DNA from: Oligoflexia bacterium
GTDB lineage: Bacteria; Bdellovibrionota; Bdellovibrionia; JABDDW01
Assembly (NCBI GenBank): GCA_043732305.1
Contig: JAYTHU010000075.1
Coordinates: forward strand, 1 to 64,000
DNA: 64,000 bases
Direction: 5' to 3'
Shown here one piece after another: positions 19,766-32,349 of the stretch. How positions within the stretch are numbered: position 1 is the first letter of the stretch; the number at the start of each line of letters is the position of its first letter. The notes under the pieces were generated by a model, which ran no database searches, had not been told where the DNA came from, and saw nothing but the letters and a program-made list of their open reading frames with translations. Position numbers and translations under genes: made by a program.

Positions 19766-20500
19766 TTAATTTCCGGGCAAATTCGGAAATAAATAAACTA
19801 CTCCTACAGTTCCCATTGTGTTTGTGTACAAAGATTGTGCGGCTGGAACAGCAACGACATCGGTCCTTTGATAAAACATTGCCCGCAATTCAAGTTTAAG
19901 TCCGAAGTTTCGAGTGAAAAATAATTTCTGATCGATCCCGATCATTCCAGCAGCACTGCTTGTGCCAAGACCAGACGGCGAAGTCATACTCACCGTTCCC
20001 GCGCCGCCAAATACGGAGAAAGTCATATTCATGACACCTTGTTTTGTGAAACTGATTTTACCGTAATAGGGGGTGAACTCATAAACCACAAATAAATCGT
20101 ATTTTACGATCGGCGAATTGTTGAAAGGAATTTGAGCGGCCAATGGCGCAGCCGAAGAATTTTGAATCTGACTCACGTACTGACTCTGCTGACCAAAATG
20201 GTAATCTCCAACAACACCAACCGAATGATACTCGTTGAAATTGTAAAAAATATTTCCACCGACAGGAAACGTGTTACTCCAAGGATCATTAAACATCGCG
20301 CCGAAATTTACGCCAACTTGCACGCGTCCAGTGTAGGGAACGTGTTTTCTCTTTACCGCTTCTTGTTGGTCGAAAACTGGCAACACACTTTCGCGCGCCA
20401 GCTCATCTTCATTGAATTTTATTGTTTCCGCCTGAACGTGCGATGAAATAAAAGTCCAAATCAAAAAATTAAGTAACAAAAGTGTGAACCAAGCCTTCAT
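19766..20500 (-). CDS. Outer-membrane beta-barrel, GltA/GltB family (paralogue)
   Basis: Signal peptide, NDPW, FTPYYGKISF, GLKLELRA, terminal GVVYLFP. Confidence 0.8.
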   Translation of the reverse strand: MKAWFTLLLLNFLIWTFISSHVQAETIKFNEDELARESVLPVFDQQEAVKRKHVPYTGRVQVGVNFGAMFNDPWSNTFPVGGNIFYNFNEYHSVGVVGDYHFGQQSQYVSQIQNSSAAPLAAQIPFNNSPIVKYDLFVVYEFTPYYGKISFTKQGVMNMTFSVFGGAGTVSMTSPSGLGTSSAAGMIGIDQKLFFTRNFGLKLELRAMFYQRTDVVAVPAAQSLYTNTMGTVGVVYLFPNLPGN

Positions 20501-21051
20501 GAAGCCTTCCGTTTTCTTTTTGTAGGTAATTTCTTAGTAGCAGGATTTTTACTGAAGGCGCCGTGCTGACGAATGAGATCGGCGAGTTCGCGAACGGCAC
20601 CTTTTCCGCCCGCTACTTTGGTCACAGCGTGTGCAGCATCTTTAACTTCTTTGACCGCATGTGGAACCGTGAACGCTACGCCAACTCGCTCTAAAAGGGG
20701 GATGTCATAGACTTCATCACCGATGTAGGCAACTTCGTCTTCTTTCAATCCCAATTTCACAAGGATTGCATCGAAACACGGAGTTTTATCCAAGGCATCG
20801 AGATAAACATGTTTTATTTTCAGATGTTCCATGCGTTTGATAACGTCTGCGGACCGACCGCCGGAAATCACTCCGACTTCATAACCCGCTTCCATCAAAA
20901 GCTTCAGGCCCACACCATCTAAGGTGTGGAAAAAACGGCACCACTGGCCGCTCTCATTCACCCAAAGTCTTCCATCGGTGAGAACGCCATCAATGTCGCA
21001 AATTAGCATCCGGACTCTTTTGAGTCGCTGTTGTAGTGGGCGCATACTCAT
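20497..21051 (-). CDS. kdsC: KDO 8-phosphate phosphatase (HAD family)
   Basis: DIDGVLTDG, F...DG.G, ISGG, AYIGDE..D, GG.GAVRE. Confidence 0.93.
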   Translation of the reverse strand: MSMRPLQQRLKRVRMLICDIDGVLTDGRLWVNESGQWCRFFHTLDGVGLKLLMEAGYEVGVISGGRSADVIKRMEHLKIKHVYLDALDKTPCFDAILVKLGLKEDEVAYIGDEVYDIPLLERVGVAFTVPHAVKEVKDAAHAVTKVAGGKGAVRELADLIRQHGAFSKNPATKKLPTKRKRKAS

Positions 21052-21113
21052 AGAATTATTACAGGTTTTACTCTTAAAAACTAGTTCATCACAAATTACT
21101 AGACCTTCATCCC

Positions 21114-21270
21114 AAAAGGTACCAGCTTCCTTTTTGTCCAGACATGCGTCATTTTAGGTAGATTGCAAAAATTTATTAAGCTTAGTTAGGAACTAGACAT
21201 GAAAACATCATGAGGTTCATTAGCCATGCATAAATGATGCGCTGCTGGACAAAAAGGAAGCTGGTACCTT

Positions 21271-21272
<2 letters not shown>
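21114..21272. repeat. 159-bp inverted-repeat element (REP doublet / MITE-like) between kdsC and kdsD
   Basis: AAAAGGTACCAGCTTCCTTTTTGTCCAG (21114-21141) is the exact reverse complement of 21245-21272; imperfect pairing extends inward (21142-21154 with 21232-21244). Confidence 0.9.
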
Positions 21273-24071
<2,799 letters not shown>

Positions 24072-24079
24072 CTAACTCC

Positions 24080-24859
24080 TTATCGTGATCTTTTTGCTAA
24101 AATTTCCTCTACTTTTAGCACATCTTGAGGGGTATCGACACCCCAAGATTCAAATTTTGTCAAAATCACGCGAATGGGTTGTCCCATCCAAAGTGCTCTC
24201 AGTTGTTCGAGAGCTTCCCCGTTTTCGATTGCGGTAGGAGCCTGAGCACAAAAGGTTTTCAAAAATGCTTTGCGGTACCCATAGAGGCCAATATGCTTCA
24301 CGCAGGCATAACCGCCCGCTTCCCCAGGAGTATTTCGAGTGTGCGGAATCGGAAGACGACTAAAATACATCGCGTTGTGATCTCTGGTCAGAACAATTTT
24401 TGCAATATTTTGACTCAAGAAGTCTTCATGATTTTGAAATGGTTTAGCCAAAGTGGCCATTTGAACAGATGCATCCTGAAAAGCGTCTGCCAGTGAATCT
24501 AAAGGTTCACCGTAAATCAAAGGTTCATCGCCTTGAATATTTAGCACCACGTCAAAATCTTTGTTTTGAACTGCAGCCCAAACACGATCAGAACCAGATG
24601 GTAAATCGGGATCCGTCATGACAACTTCCACACCGCTTTTTCGCGCAAGTGCGGCGATCTCTTCATGATCTGTAGCAACAATTATTTCCGAAAGTTTTTT
24701 GCACTGCTTGGCACCCTCGATCACATGCGTGATCAATGCTTTGCCTGCTATTAATTTCAAAGGCTTTCCGGGAAATCTTGTGGAAGCAAACCGAGAAGGA
24801 ATAACTCCAATGACTTTCAAATTATTTGATGTTGAAGAGGTCATTTTTTTTGTATCCAC
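24080..24859 (-). CDS. kdsB: CMP-KDO synthetase
   Basis: IPSRFASTRFPGKPL, SGSDR, NIQGDEP, HIGLYGYR, E.LEQLRAL, GVDT. Confidence 0.96.
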   Translation of the reverse strand: MDTKKMTSSTSNNLKVIGVIPSRFASTRFPGKPLKLIAGKALITHVIEGAKQCKKLSEIIVATDHEEIAALARKSGVEVVMTDPDLPSGSDRVWAAVQNKDFDVVLNIQGDEPLIYGEPLDSLADAFQDASVQMATLAKPFQNHEDFLSQNIAKIVLTRDHNAMYFSRLPIPHTRNTPGEAGGYACVKHIGLYGYRKAFLKTFCAQAPTAIENGEALEQLRALWMGQPIRVILTKFESWGVDTPQDVLKVEEILAKRSR

Positions 24860-25434
24860 TGGCTGAAAATAAAACTCTCTAACTCACGTACACCTTCTTT
24901 TTTCAAAGAAGAAATAAAATGAAAAAAGCTATCATCCTCACCGGTAGAAACTCGCCACACAGTTTTGTGATGCTCAAGTTCTTTTCGAGAAAGTTTATCT
25001 ATCTTGGAGAGCACGCACGCCAAATAAATGCCGCGGGTTTTACATAGATCGCGGATCATTTCTTCGTCGCCCGTCCATTCGCGACGAATATCACAGATGA
25101 GAATAATTCCTCTGAGAGTAGGTCTGCGTTCAAAGTATTGATGAATCATCTCGATCCACATATCTTTTTCAGCAAGATCCCGGGCGGCGTAGCCGTAGCC
25201 AGGAAGATCGACGAGAGAATAATTTTCGCCAACATCAAAGAAGTTAATGAGGCGAGTTTTTCCTGGCGTCGAACTGATCTTGGCCATCTTTTCTGATCCA
25301 ACCATCGCATTCAGCAGGCTGCTCTTTCCAGCGTTGGACCTTCCTACCATGGCAATCTCAGGCCTGTGACCTTCGGGGTAATCTTCAGACCAAACGGCAC
25401 TTTTTATGAATTTAGCTTTTAGCGTTTTTTGCAT
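24841..25434 (-). CDS. engB: Ribosome biogenesis GTPase YihA/YsxC
   Basis: GRSNAGKSSLLN, SSTPGKTRLINFF, DLPGYGYA, SKIDKL. Confidence 0.95.
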   Translation of the reverse strand: MQKTLKAKFIKSAVWSEDYPEGHRPEIAMVGRSNAGKSSLLNAMVGSEKMAKISSTPGKTRLINFFDVGENYSLVDLPGYGYAARDLAEKDMWIEMIHQYFERRPTLRGIILICDIRREWTGDEEMIRDLCKTRGIYLACVLSKIDKLSRKELEHHKTVWRVSTGEDDSFFHFISSLKKEGVRELESFIFSQWIQKK

Positions 25435-25585
25435 ATTGTAAAAAAGTCATGAGAAAAATTATTTGTCAACTGCAAGATCTCTTGCTGTCGAAATGATTCG
25501 AAATAAGCCACGTTAGCCCTCGGTTTGGCATCAATTATGTATTCAACTGGAGAAAAGATTCAAAAATTTTAAGGAGACTCGGCCT

Positions 25586-26962
25586 ATGCAAGACCAAACA
25601 GTCAGTCTAGAAGAATATCTAAAAAACTCAATAGACGGCAAAAATGCCGCGTTTTTGCTGCCGCTGGATGGCCGCAACCCCCTTCCAATCGAAGGAATAT
25701 TCACGATTGGACGCAGCCCAAGCAACACTCTTTGTTTGCGGGATGTTCACGTCAGTCATGAGCATTGCCAACTCGAAAAACGTCCTCTGGGATATTTTGT
25801 GCGAGATCTTCGAAGTCGAAATGGCGTTAAAGTGGATGGAGTGAAAGTCACCGAAGCGCAGCTGAAAGATGGCAGTCAAATTCAAGTGGGTGAATCAGAA
25901 TTTATATTTCAAATGCAATCGAATGAAGTTTCCGGCCCGCTTGTTTCAAAAAATCAATCATGGAATTTGCGATTGCAATCACTAAAAAGTATTTCTTCAA
26001 GCCAGCTTCCGGTTTTCCTCCAGGGAGAAAGTGGAACGGGTAAAGAAGTTCTCTCACAACTTGTTCATGGCTTGAGTTCGCGCAAGAGTGGACCGTTCGT
26101 AGGTGTTAATTGTAGTGCGCTAACTGAAAGTTTAGTCGAGAGCGAATTGTTCGGACACATGAAAGGAAGTTTCACCGGTGCAACTAGCGATCGCAAAGGA
26201 GCTTTTGAAGCGGCTCGTAAAGGAACTTTGTTTTTAGATGAGATTGGAGATCTATCGCCGGCCCTTCAACCCAAACTTTTACGAGCTTTAGAAAATCAAG
26301 AAATCAGACCCGTTGGATCAGATAAATTAATTAAAACCGATGTGCGTATCATCACAGCCACGCATAAAAATTTAGAAGAGTTAGTAAGTGAAGGAAAATT
26401 CCGCGCCGATTTATTTTTTAGAATCCATGTTGTGAAATTCCCCATCCCCGCTTTACGGGATCGATTGGAAGACTTAGAAGACTTGCTTCAGTTTTTTTCG
26501 CGTGAAATGCGCGTGAGATTTACTACGGATGCCATTAAAGCGATGAAAAGACATTCTTGGCCTGGGAATATTCGCGAACTTAAAAATGTGGTGGCACGAG
26601 CAAGTGCTCTTTATCCGGGTTACAATATCACGCCAGCGCACGTGGGAGTTTTACTCGATACGCCCGTCATGCCGGGTTCCGAAAAATCAGCATCGACTCA
26701 ACTTATTTCGAAATTAGCGAGCTATCCATATGCGAAACAAGCTGAAAAAGAAATGATTCAAAAAAGGCTTATCATTAATAAAGGGAATCAACGACGAACA
26801 GCCTCAGAATTAGGAATGCCAAAAAGCACGCTTCACGATAAAATTAAAAGTTACAGAATTGATCTGGATTCAATCACGAACTTGGATCGATTTGAAGAAC
26901 AGCTTCATTACCCGACCGTTGTTGAGGATGCGGTTGATGGAGAGCTTGAGGCGCAACTTTAA
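25586..26962 (+). CDS. FHA-domain sigma54-dependent enhancer-binding protein (FHA-AAA+-Fis HTH)
   Basis: IGR, VSHEH, DLRSRNG (FHA); GESGTGKE, GSFTGA (GAFTGA loop), LFLDEIG, WPGNIRELKN; C-terminal HTH. Confidence 0.93.
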   Translation: MQDQTVSLEEYLKNSIDGKNAAFLLPLDGRNPLPIEGIFTIGRSPSNTLCLRDVHVSHEHCQLEKRPLGYFVRDLRSRNGVKVDGVKVTEAQLKDGSQIQVGESEFIFQMQSNEVSGPLVSKNQSWNLRLQSLKSISSSQLPVFLQGESGTGKEVLSQLVHGLSSRKSGPFVGVNCSALTESLVESELFGHMKGSFTGATSDRKGAFEAARKGTLFLDEIGDLSPALQPKLLRALENQEIRPVGSDKLIKTDVRIITATHKNLEELVSEGKFRADLFFRIHVVKFPIPALRDRLEDLEDLLQFFSREMRVRFTTDAIKAMKRHSWPGNIRELKNVVARASALYPGYNITPAHVGVLLDTPVMPGSEKSASTQLISKLASYPYAKQAEKEMIQKRLIINKGNQRRTASELGMPKSTLHDKIKSYRIDLDSITNLDRFEEQLHYPTVVEDAVDGELEAQL

Positions 26963-28018
26963 TTTTTCTTTTCCTGGGGCGGTGTCCACTTCATCGAAAC
27001 TCATTTCTTCGAGTGTACGGGCCATGATGTCGCGAATTTCAGTTTCGCGAGATTTTATTTCGACCGAGGATTCTCGGTTGGACATTTCCATATAAAATTC
27101 GAGTGCCACCATAGGTTGATGTCGCGGGCTCGTTGATTTCAAATTAGAAATCAGTCTTGGAAAAGCCACCACGAATTCCGGTGCCGGAGCGCCCTTTGCT
27201 TCTTCAGGTTCATTTGTCCCAATTTCAGTTTTTGAACCAGCGACTTCATCAAATGATTTTAAAAATGGATCCCTGTCGATATTTCGAGTGGTGTTGTGAG
27301 CCAAATCTTTTCCAATCAGATAAAGAGTTGCCGTAAGTAAAACAAATATTCCCACCATGAGGTAGCGCTTGCGGCTGTAGGAAAAAAAAGATTGGTACAA
27401 AATTTTGAAATGCCCAGCGCGCAAAACTAATGGGTGTTTCAGTGCTGCGGGTAAAGTTTTAATCCATTCTTTGGGGGGGACGATTTTCAATTGCAGGGCG
27501 TGCGTGAACAAAGTTTTTCCAAGTTCAAAAGGAAGAACGATCACACTAGTGCCGGCGCTAAACAATGAGCCCCAAAATCTAGGCTTGGAATCGTCTTGAT
27601 GTTTCGCCGACTTTATTTTTTTGCCAGCCGATGCTTGTTCGACTTCAGTCGGTGTTTCGGCGTCGCCTTTGCCGTCATCACCTTTGAGATAATCGGCACC
27701 GATAGAAATAGATTCTAGAGGCTGCCCCATCTCAATATTTTGCAGTTCACCTTCGACGTCATGCAGCGAGCCCGCAAAAGTTTCATCCACTTCATTGAGC
27801 AAACTATTTACTTCATCGAGGGAGAAATCATCGACATGACGCTCATTGGTCGCCGCAACGACCTTGACGCCTTCAAATGATGGATTGAGCTGAACCGTGC
27901 CGTCTTGTCGGGGATCGACATTTTGCGCCAGGTTGACTGTCTGTGAAAGTTCGACAGCGATGGTTTTTTCCATCTCCTTCACACTCTCTAAACTTTTTGT
28001 TGTGTCTCTATCGACCAA
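26870..28018 (-). CDS. FliL-like protein with a long acidic N-terminal extension
   Basis: TM helix, then LISNL, EIRDIM, GKEKLK..L...INRIL..GRV..LFF (FliL C-terminal pattern). Confidence 0.75.
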   Translation of the reverse strand: MVDRDTTKSLESVKEMEKTIAVELSQTVNLAQNVDPRQDGTVQLNPSFEGVKVVAATNERHVDDFSLDEVNSLLNEVDETFAGSLHDVEGELQNIEMGQPLESISIGADYLKGDDGKGDAETPTEVEQASAGKKIKSAKHQDDSKPRFWGSLFSAGTSVIVLPFELGKTLFTHALQLKIVPPKEWIKTLPAALKHPLVLRAGHFKILYQSFFSYSRKRYLMVGIFVLLTATLYLIGKDLAHNTTRNIDRDPFLKSFDEVAGSKTEIGTNEPEEAKGAPAPEFVVAFPRLISNLKSTSPRHQPMVALEFYMEMSNRESSVEIKSRETEIRDIMARTLEEMSFDEVDTAPGKEKLKLRLKLSINRILNNGRVMKLFFKSIQVRD

Positions 28019-28094
28019 AGTCCGGACTCCGTCAAAATGTTATTCAGTTTTTTGAAACCTCTACCGAATTGATTATTGCGTGAAGGAGACGAAA

Positions 28095-28724
28095 ATGAAA
28101 TCAAAATTACTATTAGTATTACTTCCAGTCCTATTGCTTGCGTTACCAGGCTGCGCCCTTTTTGACGATCAAGGATCGGGAGTCAACGAAGACAATGATT
28201 ACTCCGCCTATTCGGCTCAGAAAAACGGAATGTCAGAAGCTTTTGACGAATTAGGTTACACACCATCGCAAAAACTTTCCGAAGACGAAAAAGATTCCCT
28301 CTATAAGCGCTTGAAATTGAAACGTCTCGAACGCGGTCTCACAGACAAAGAGCGCGAGCAATATTTCAGCTACAAATCATTCATGGATAGTGACAACGAG
28401 CGCGCTGACTTTTTAAATTTACCGAACCTGGCAGCTCGCGACAGATACGCTCAACAACGCGGATTTTATAATCACGTCAACAAGTATGCACCGTCCATCA
28501 AAGAAGCGATCACTCACGGCGACATCGTTTTAGGCATGAGCAAAGATGCAGTCCTTGAATCTTGGGGCGAACCCGAGAACATTGAAGTCGCCGGGAATCA
28601 AGTTTACGGCAATGAACGCTGGACTTACGTGGAATATAATTCCACCGCTGAAGGATTTCAAAAAGAAGAGCGCGTGATTATTTTTGAAAGCGGCAAAGTA
28701 GCCGGCTGGAAACGCTACCAGTGA
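28095..28724 (+). CDS. Lipoprotein with a C-terminal BamE/SmpA-like small domain
   Basis: RBS AAGGAG, lipobox LPGC, LGMSKDAV..SWGEP...E.WTY....F..GKV.GW. Confidence 0.7.
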   Translation: MKSKLLLVLLPVLLLALPGCALFDDQGSGVNEDNDYSAYSAQKNGMSEAFDELGYTPSQKLSEDEKDSLYKRLKLKRLERGLTDKEREQYFSYKSFMDSDNERADFLNLPNLAARDRYAQQRGFYNHVNKYAPSIKEAITHGDIVLGMSKDAVLESWGEPENIEVAGNQVYGNERWTYVEYNSTAEGFQKEERVIIFESGKVAGWKRYQ

Positions 28725-31384
28725 GATCCTGATTCCACATCAACCTTGAGTGGAACTCTCAGTTTTGTGGTTTCGCCCATCCATGCCTTCACTTGATTTT
28801 GAAACTCTGGAGTTTCATTGTCCGGAACTTCAAATACCAACTCATCATGCACTTGCATAATCATTTTTTCTTTGAAGTTACTTTCAGCCATCTCTTTATC
28901 GATTTTAATCATAGCCACTTTTATAATATCAGCAGCCGCACCTTGAATAGGCATGTTGATCGCCTGACGCTCCGCTGATTGCCTGATGTTCCGATTGCTT
29001 GATTTAAGTCCTGGATAATAACGTCTTCGACCAAACATGGTTTCGACGTAACCTTTTTCCATTCCCTCATGCACAACGGAATTCATATATTCTTTTACTC
29101 CGGGATAGCGCTCGAAATATTTTTGAATGAAGTCGGCAGCTTCTTTCCTACCAATAGAAAGATTTTCTGCAAGACCAAATTCACTCATCCCGTAAACAAT
29201 TCCGAAGTTGATAGCTTTTGCGGTACGGCGATGATCAGAATTCACATCTTCTAATGCCACTCCAAAAACATCGCTTGCCGTTGCCGAATGAATATCCAAG
29301 TCCTGCTCAAAGGCGCGACTCAGATTTTTGTCTCCGGTGATGTGAGCTAAAATTCTCAACTCCACCTGACTGTAATCCGCAGACAAAATCTTGTAACCCT
29401 CTGGCGCCACAAAGCTATTGCGAATACGTATTCCGCGAGGAGTTCTGATGGGAATGTTTTGAAGATTGGGATGAACGGAACTCAAACGCCCAGTGGAAGT
29501 CACCGCTTGGTTGTAGCGCGTGTGCACTCTACCCGTTTCAGGATTGATCATCTGCGGAAGCGCTTCAACATAGGTCGAATTTAATTTTGAAAGTTCTCGC
29601 CACTCGATAATTTTTTCCGCGATCGGACTTTGATCTTTTAATTTCTCAAGGACATCAGAGTCTGTAGAAAATCCGGTTTTTGTTTTTCTAATCACCGGAA
29701 GCTTTAGTTTCTCAAATAAGATTTGTCCAAGTTGCTTGGGACTTCCAATGTTAAATTCTTGTCCAACTGACTCGAAAATTTCCTTTTCCAAATTTCTGAT
29801 TTGAGCTTTAAGCTCGACCGAATAGGATTTTAGCGAATCACGGTCTATCAAAACTCCCAAAGATTCCATTCGATACAGAACAGGAATGAGCGGAAGCTCG
29901 ATTTGATGAAGAATAGTGTTTGATCCCGCTTTCACGCCTTCGGTTTCGAGTTTCCACGACAACTCCTGACAAAAAGCCAAGCGCTCCGCCGGGCCAATAA
30001 GATCGGGAAGATCTTTTTCGAGATGAATCTTAATGAGGCTTTTGAAATCGAGTTCGCCCTCATGACCCAGGCAATGAGCAGCGATCATAGTGTCACGAGA
30101 AATCTTATGTAACGCTGACCCCTTGATACTCATCTGATGAGCAATGCCCTTGGTGTCAAATCCAGCCAAGCCTACTTTTGTTTTTTCTAAAAAATCGGAA
30201 AGCCAATTGTTTATTTTTTCAATATTGCCTTCAAAATGAAATGCATTTTCACCCAACGCAAAAGCTAAGCCTGTGGGAGACGAGTCACACCAAAGAGGCA
30301 GAGTCGCGTTTGTCTCCAAACTCTTTAGAAATGTTTTTTCTAATATTCCCACGTCATCGACACGAGAAAAATTTAAATTGGAAGGCGGAGAATTCTGATT
30401 CGTGTCAGAAGTTATAGCGACAGCTTTGCGTGCGTCTCCAGATGCTCCGTAAGAATTTTCGAAAGACATCAAGTTTGAATTCTCAATCGAAATTTGAGTC
30501 ACTTGATTGCCGCTTCCGGCAAGTTGCCCGGCATCTTCACCGAGAAATTTTGTAAGCATGGTCTTGAACTCTAACTCTTGAAGCAGTTCAACTAGTTTTT
30601 CCTGATTCGGTGGACGGCGCTTGATAATGTCTTCGGAATATTCTAGTGGAATGTCGCGCACAATGGTCACAAGCTTTTGAGAAAGAAGCGCTTGCTCTTT
30701 CTGAGTGCTCATCAACTCACGCAGACGATCGTTTTTAATTTCAGACAAATTATTAAAAACGTTTTCTAAAGTTCCGTACTCGCCTAAAAGTTTTTGAGCG
30801 GCTTTTGGTCCCACGCCGCGCACGCCAGGAACATTGTCCGAGGTGTCGCCGACGAGAGCCAAATAATCAATCACTTGATTAGGATTCACACCAAATTTAG
30901 CTCTCACTTCGTCATCGCCCATGTACAAATCTTTTGAAGGATCAAAAATCCGAATGCCAGGTTCTACCAGCTGACCAAAATCTTTGTCCCCGCTGACGAT
31001 TGTGACTTCTTGACCATGTTTTTTAGCGAGAGTGGCTAGAGTTCCAATAATATCGTCGGCCTCATAACGAGGATTTTCGAAACCAGCAATTGAAAAAGCC
31101 TCAGCGACTCTTGGCAAATAACAAAACTGTTTGATCAGATCATCGGGAGCGGCACTGCGATTGGCTTTATATTCTGGATACAATTCTTCGCGAAAACCAT
31201 CACCAGAAACATCGTAACAAAATGCGATGTAATCGGGTTTATGCTCTTTGAGAAGTTTCATGATTGCGACAATAAAACCATAAACGGCGTTGGTTGGAAT
31301 TCCTTTGGAATTATTGAGCTGGCGAATCGCATAGAACGATCTAAAGAAAATCGAACTCACATCTATCAGATAAATTTTTTTCAT
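28715..31384 (-). CDS. polA: DNA polymerase I
   Basis: 5'-3' exonuclease (YKANR, EADD.IG, SGDKD, GD.SDN.PGV); polymerase motifs ADYSQVELR, AKAINFGIVYG, QVHDELVFE. Confidence 0.98.
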   Translation of the reverse strand: MKKIYLIDVSSIFFRSFYAIRQLNNSKGIPTNAVYGFIVAIMKLLKEHKPDYIAFCYDVSGDGFREELYPEYKANRSAAPDDLIKQFCYLPRVAEAFSIAGFENPRYEADDIIGTLATLAKKHGQEVTIVSGDKDFGQLVEPGIRIFDPSKDLYMGDDEVRAKFGVNPNQVIDYLALVGDTSDNVPGVRGVGPKAAQKLLGEYGTLENVFNNLSEIKNDRLRELMSTQKEQALLSQKLVTIVRDIPLEYSEDIIKRRPPNQEKLVELLQELEFKTMLTKFLGEDAGQLAGSGNQVTQISIENSNLMSFENSYGASGDARKAVAITSDTNQNSPPSNLNFSRVDDVGILEKTFLKSLETNATLPLWCDSSPTGLAFALGENAFHFEGNIEKINNWLSDFLEKTKVGLAGFDTKGIAHQMSIKGSALHKISRDTMIAAHCLGHEGELDFKSLIKIHLEKDLPDLIGPAERLAFCQELSWKLETEGVKAGSNTILHQIELPLIPVLYRMESLGVLIDRDSLKSYSVELKAQIRNLEKEIFESVGQEFNIGSPKQLGQILFEKLKLPVIRKTKTGFSTDSDVLEKLKDQSPIAEKIIEWRELSKLNSTYVEALPQMINPETGRVHTRYNQAVTSTGRLSSVHPNLQNIPIRTPRGIRIRNSFVAPEGYKILSADYSQVELRILAHITGDKNLSRAFEQDLDIHSATASDVFGVALEDVNSDHRRTAKAINFGIVYGMSEFGLAENLSIGRKEAADFIQKYFERYPGVKEYMNSVVHEGMEKGYVETMFGRRRYYPGLKSSNRNIRQSAERQAINMPIQGAAADIIKVAMIKIDKEMAESNFKEKMIMQVHDELVFEVPDNETPEFQNQVKAWMGETTKLRVPLKVDVESGSHW

Positions 31385-31433
31385 TTGATTACTACCTTGT
31401 TCGAAATATCAGAAATTTTCTTTATTCAATCGA

Positions 31434-31694
31434 TCAATCAATAGCGGGGTCAAAATCACGAACCACTCGCTCATACACAGGCTCAGGCATTGCGACCGTT
31501 TTCGAACCGGAGTTTACAACTGAAAACTGCATCGAATCAAGCAGTCTTCCATACGCATTTGCCGGCGCGTAAAGTCCCAGTTCCCATTCGCTCACTGTCT
31601 GTTGGCGACAGCCGAGCCGATGGGCAAATTCCGCTTGGGAATGACCGTGCTTCTTTCGCAATTCTTTGACTTTTTCTGCATCCCAGGTTGCCAT
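31434..31694 (-). CDS. XRE-family helix-turn-helix protein
   Basis: VKELRKKHGHSQAEFAHRLGCRQQTVSEWE; start set to ATG 31694 directly behind a -10 box. Confidence 0.8.
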   Translation of the reverse strand: MATWDAEKVKELRKKHGHSQAEFAHRLGCRQQTVSEWELGLYAPANAYGRLLDSMQFSVVNSGSKTVAMPEPVYERVVRDFDPAID

Positions 31695-31742
31695 GTTTAA
31701 AGCGTAAGCGGGAAATCGTATCCATTGCAAGGGGGAGCTTCT

Positions 31743-32336
31743 ATGAAGATGATTTATTCGAGACTCATCTATTCGACATTTATAGTTCTAATTTTTTCAT
31801 TAGTGGCTTCAGTTGGGTCTGCTATGAATTTTAACTCTATAGAAATCTCGTCAATACCGGCCACACCACCTAACGCCTGCTACAAAGGCTGTACTCTAGA
31901 AATGAAATCCCTCTTAACGAAATTTAATGCCGCCAGCGCACCCGATCTCTCCCCCGCCGTTTACAGTGGCAGGTGCTATGACCTCGCATCGAACTTAAAT
32001 CCAAACCAAGTTCAATATGGCATGGCGATGTTTGACCATAATGATCAGAATGGGAATCTTCCTTATTTTGCCACAATGTTTTCTTTTTATTCCGGCCAAG
32101 ATGACTGGGCCAAATGGGATCTCAAAACCGCGCGCACGCAAATTGATGTTGGCTGGAAAAGTTTTGGAAGACTCATCATCACCGCTTCCAAAACATCGCA
32201 TGTGGCGATCTTAGATGCTGATGGAAATTATTCCATGATTTATTGGTTCAGACAAAATTCCAGAACCGGAACTCTGTATCAAATTACATATTGGGGTGGA
32301 AACATGGAAAGCTTTTGCGAATTGAAAAAGCACTAG
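31743..32336 (+). CDS. Hypothetical secreted Cys/Trp-containing protein
   Basis: RBS GGGGAG before ATG 31743; signal peptide ending GSA. Confidence 0.6.
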   Translation: MKMIYSRLIYSTFIVLIFSLVASVGSAMNFNSIEISSIPATPPNACYKGCTLEMKSLLTKFNAASAPDLSPAVYSGRCYDLASNLNPNQVQYGMAMFDHNDQNGNLPYFATMFSFYSGQDDWAKWDLKTARTQIDVGWKSFGRLIITASKTSHVAILDADGNYSMIYWFRQNSRTGTLYQITYWGGNMESFCELKKH

Positions 32337-32349
32337 GCAAATTGATATC

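Noticed and set aside
25527..25542. TGGCATC-AATT-ATGTA as a sigma54 promoter for the FHA activator
   Set aside because: The -12 GC is absent; too weak to call.
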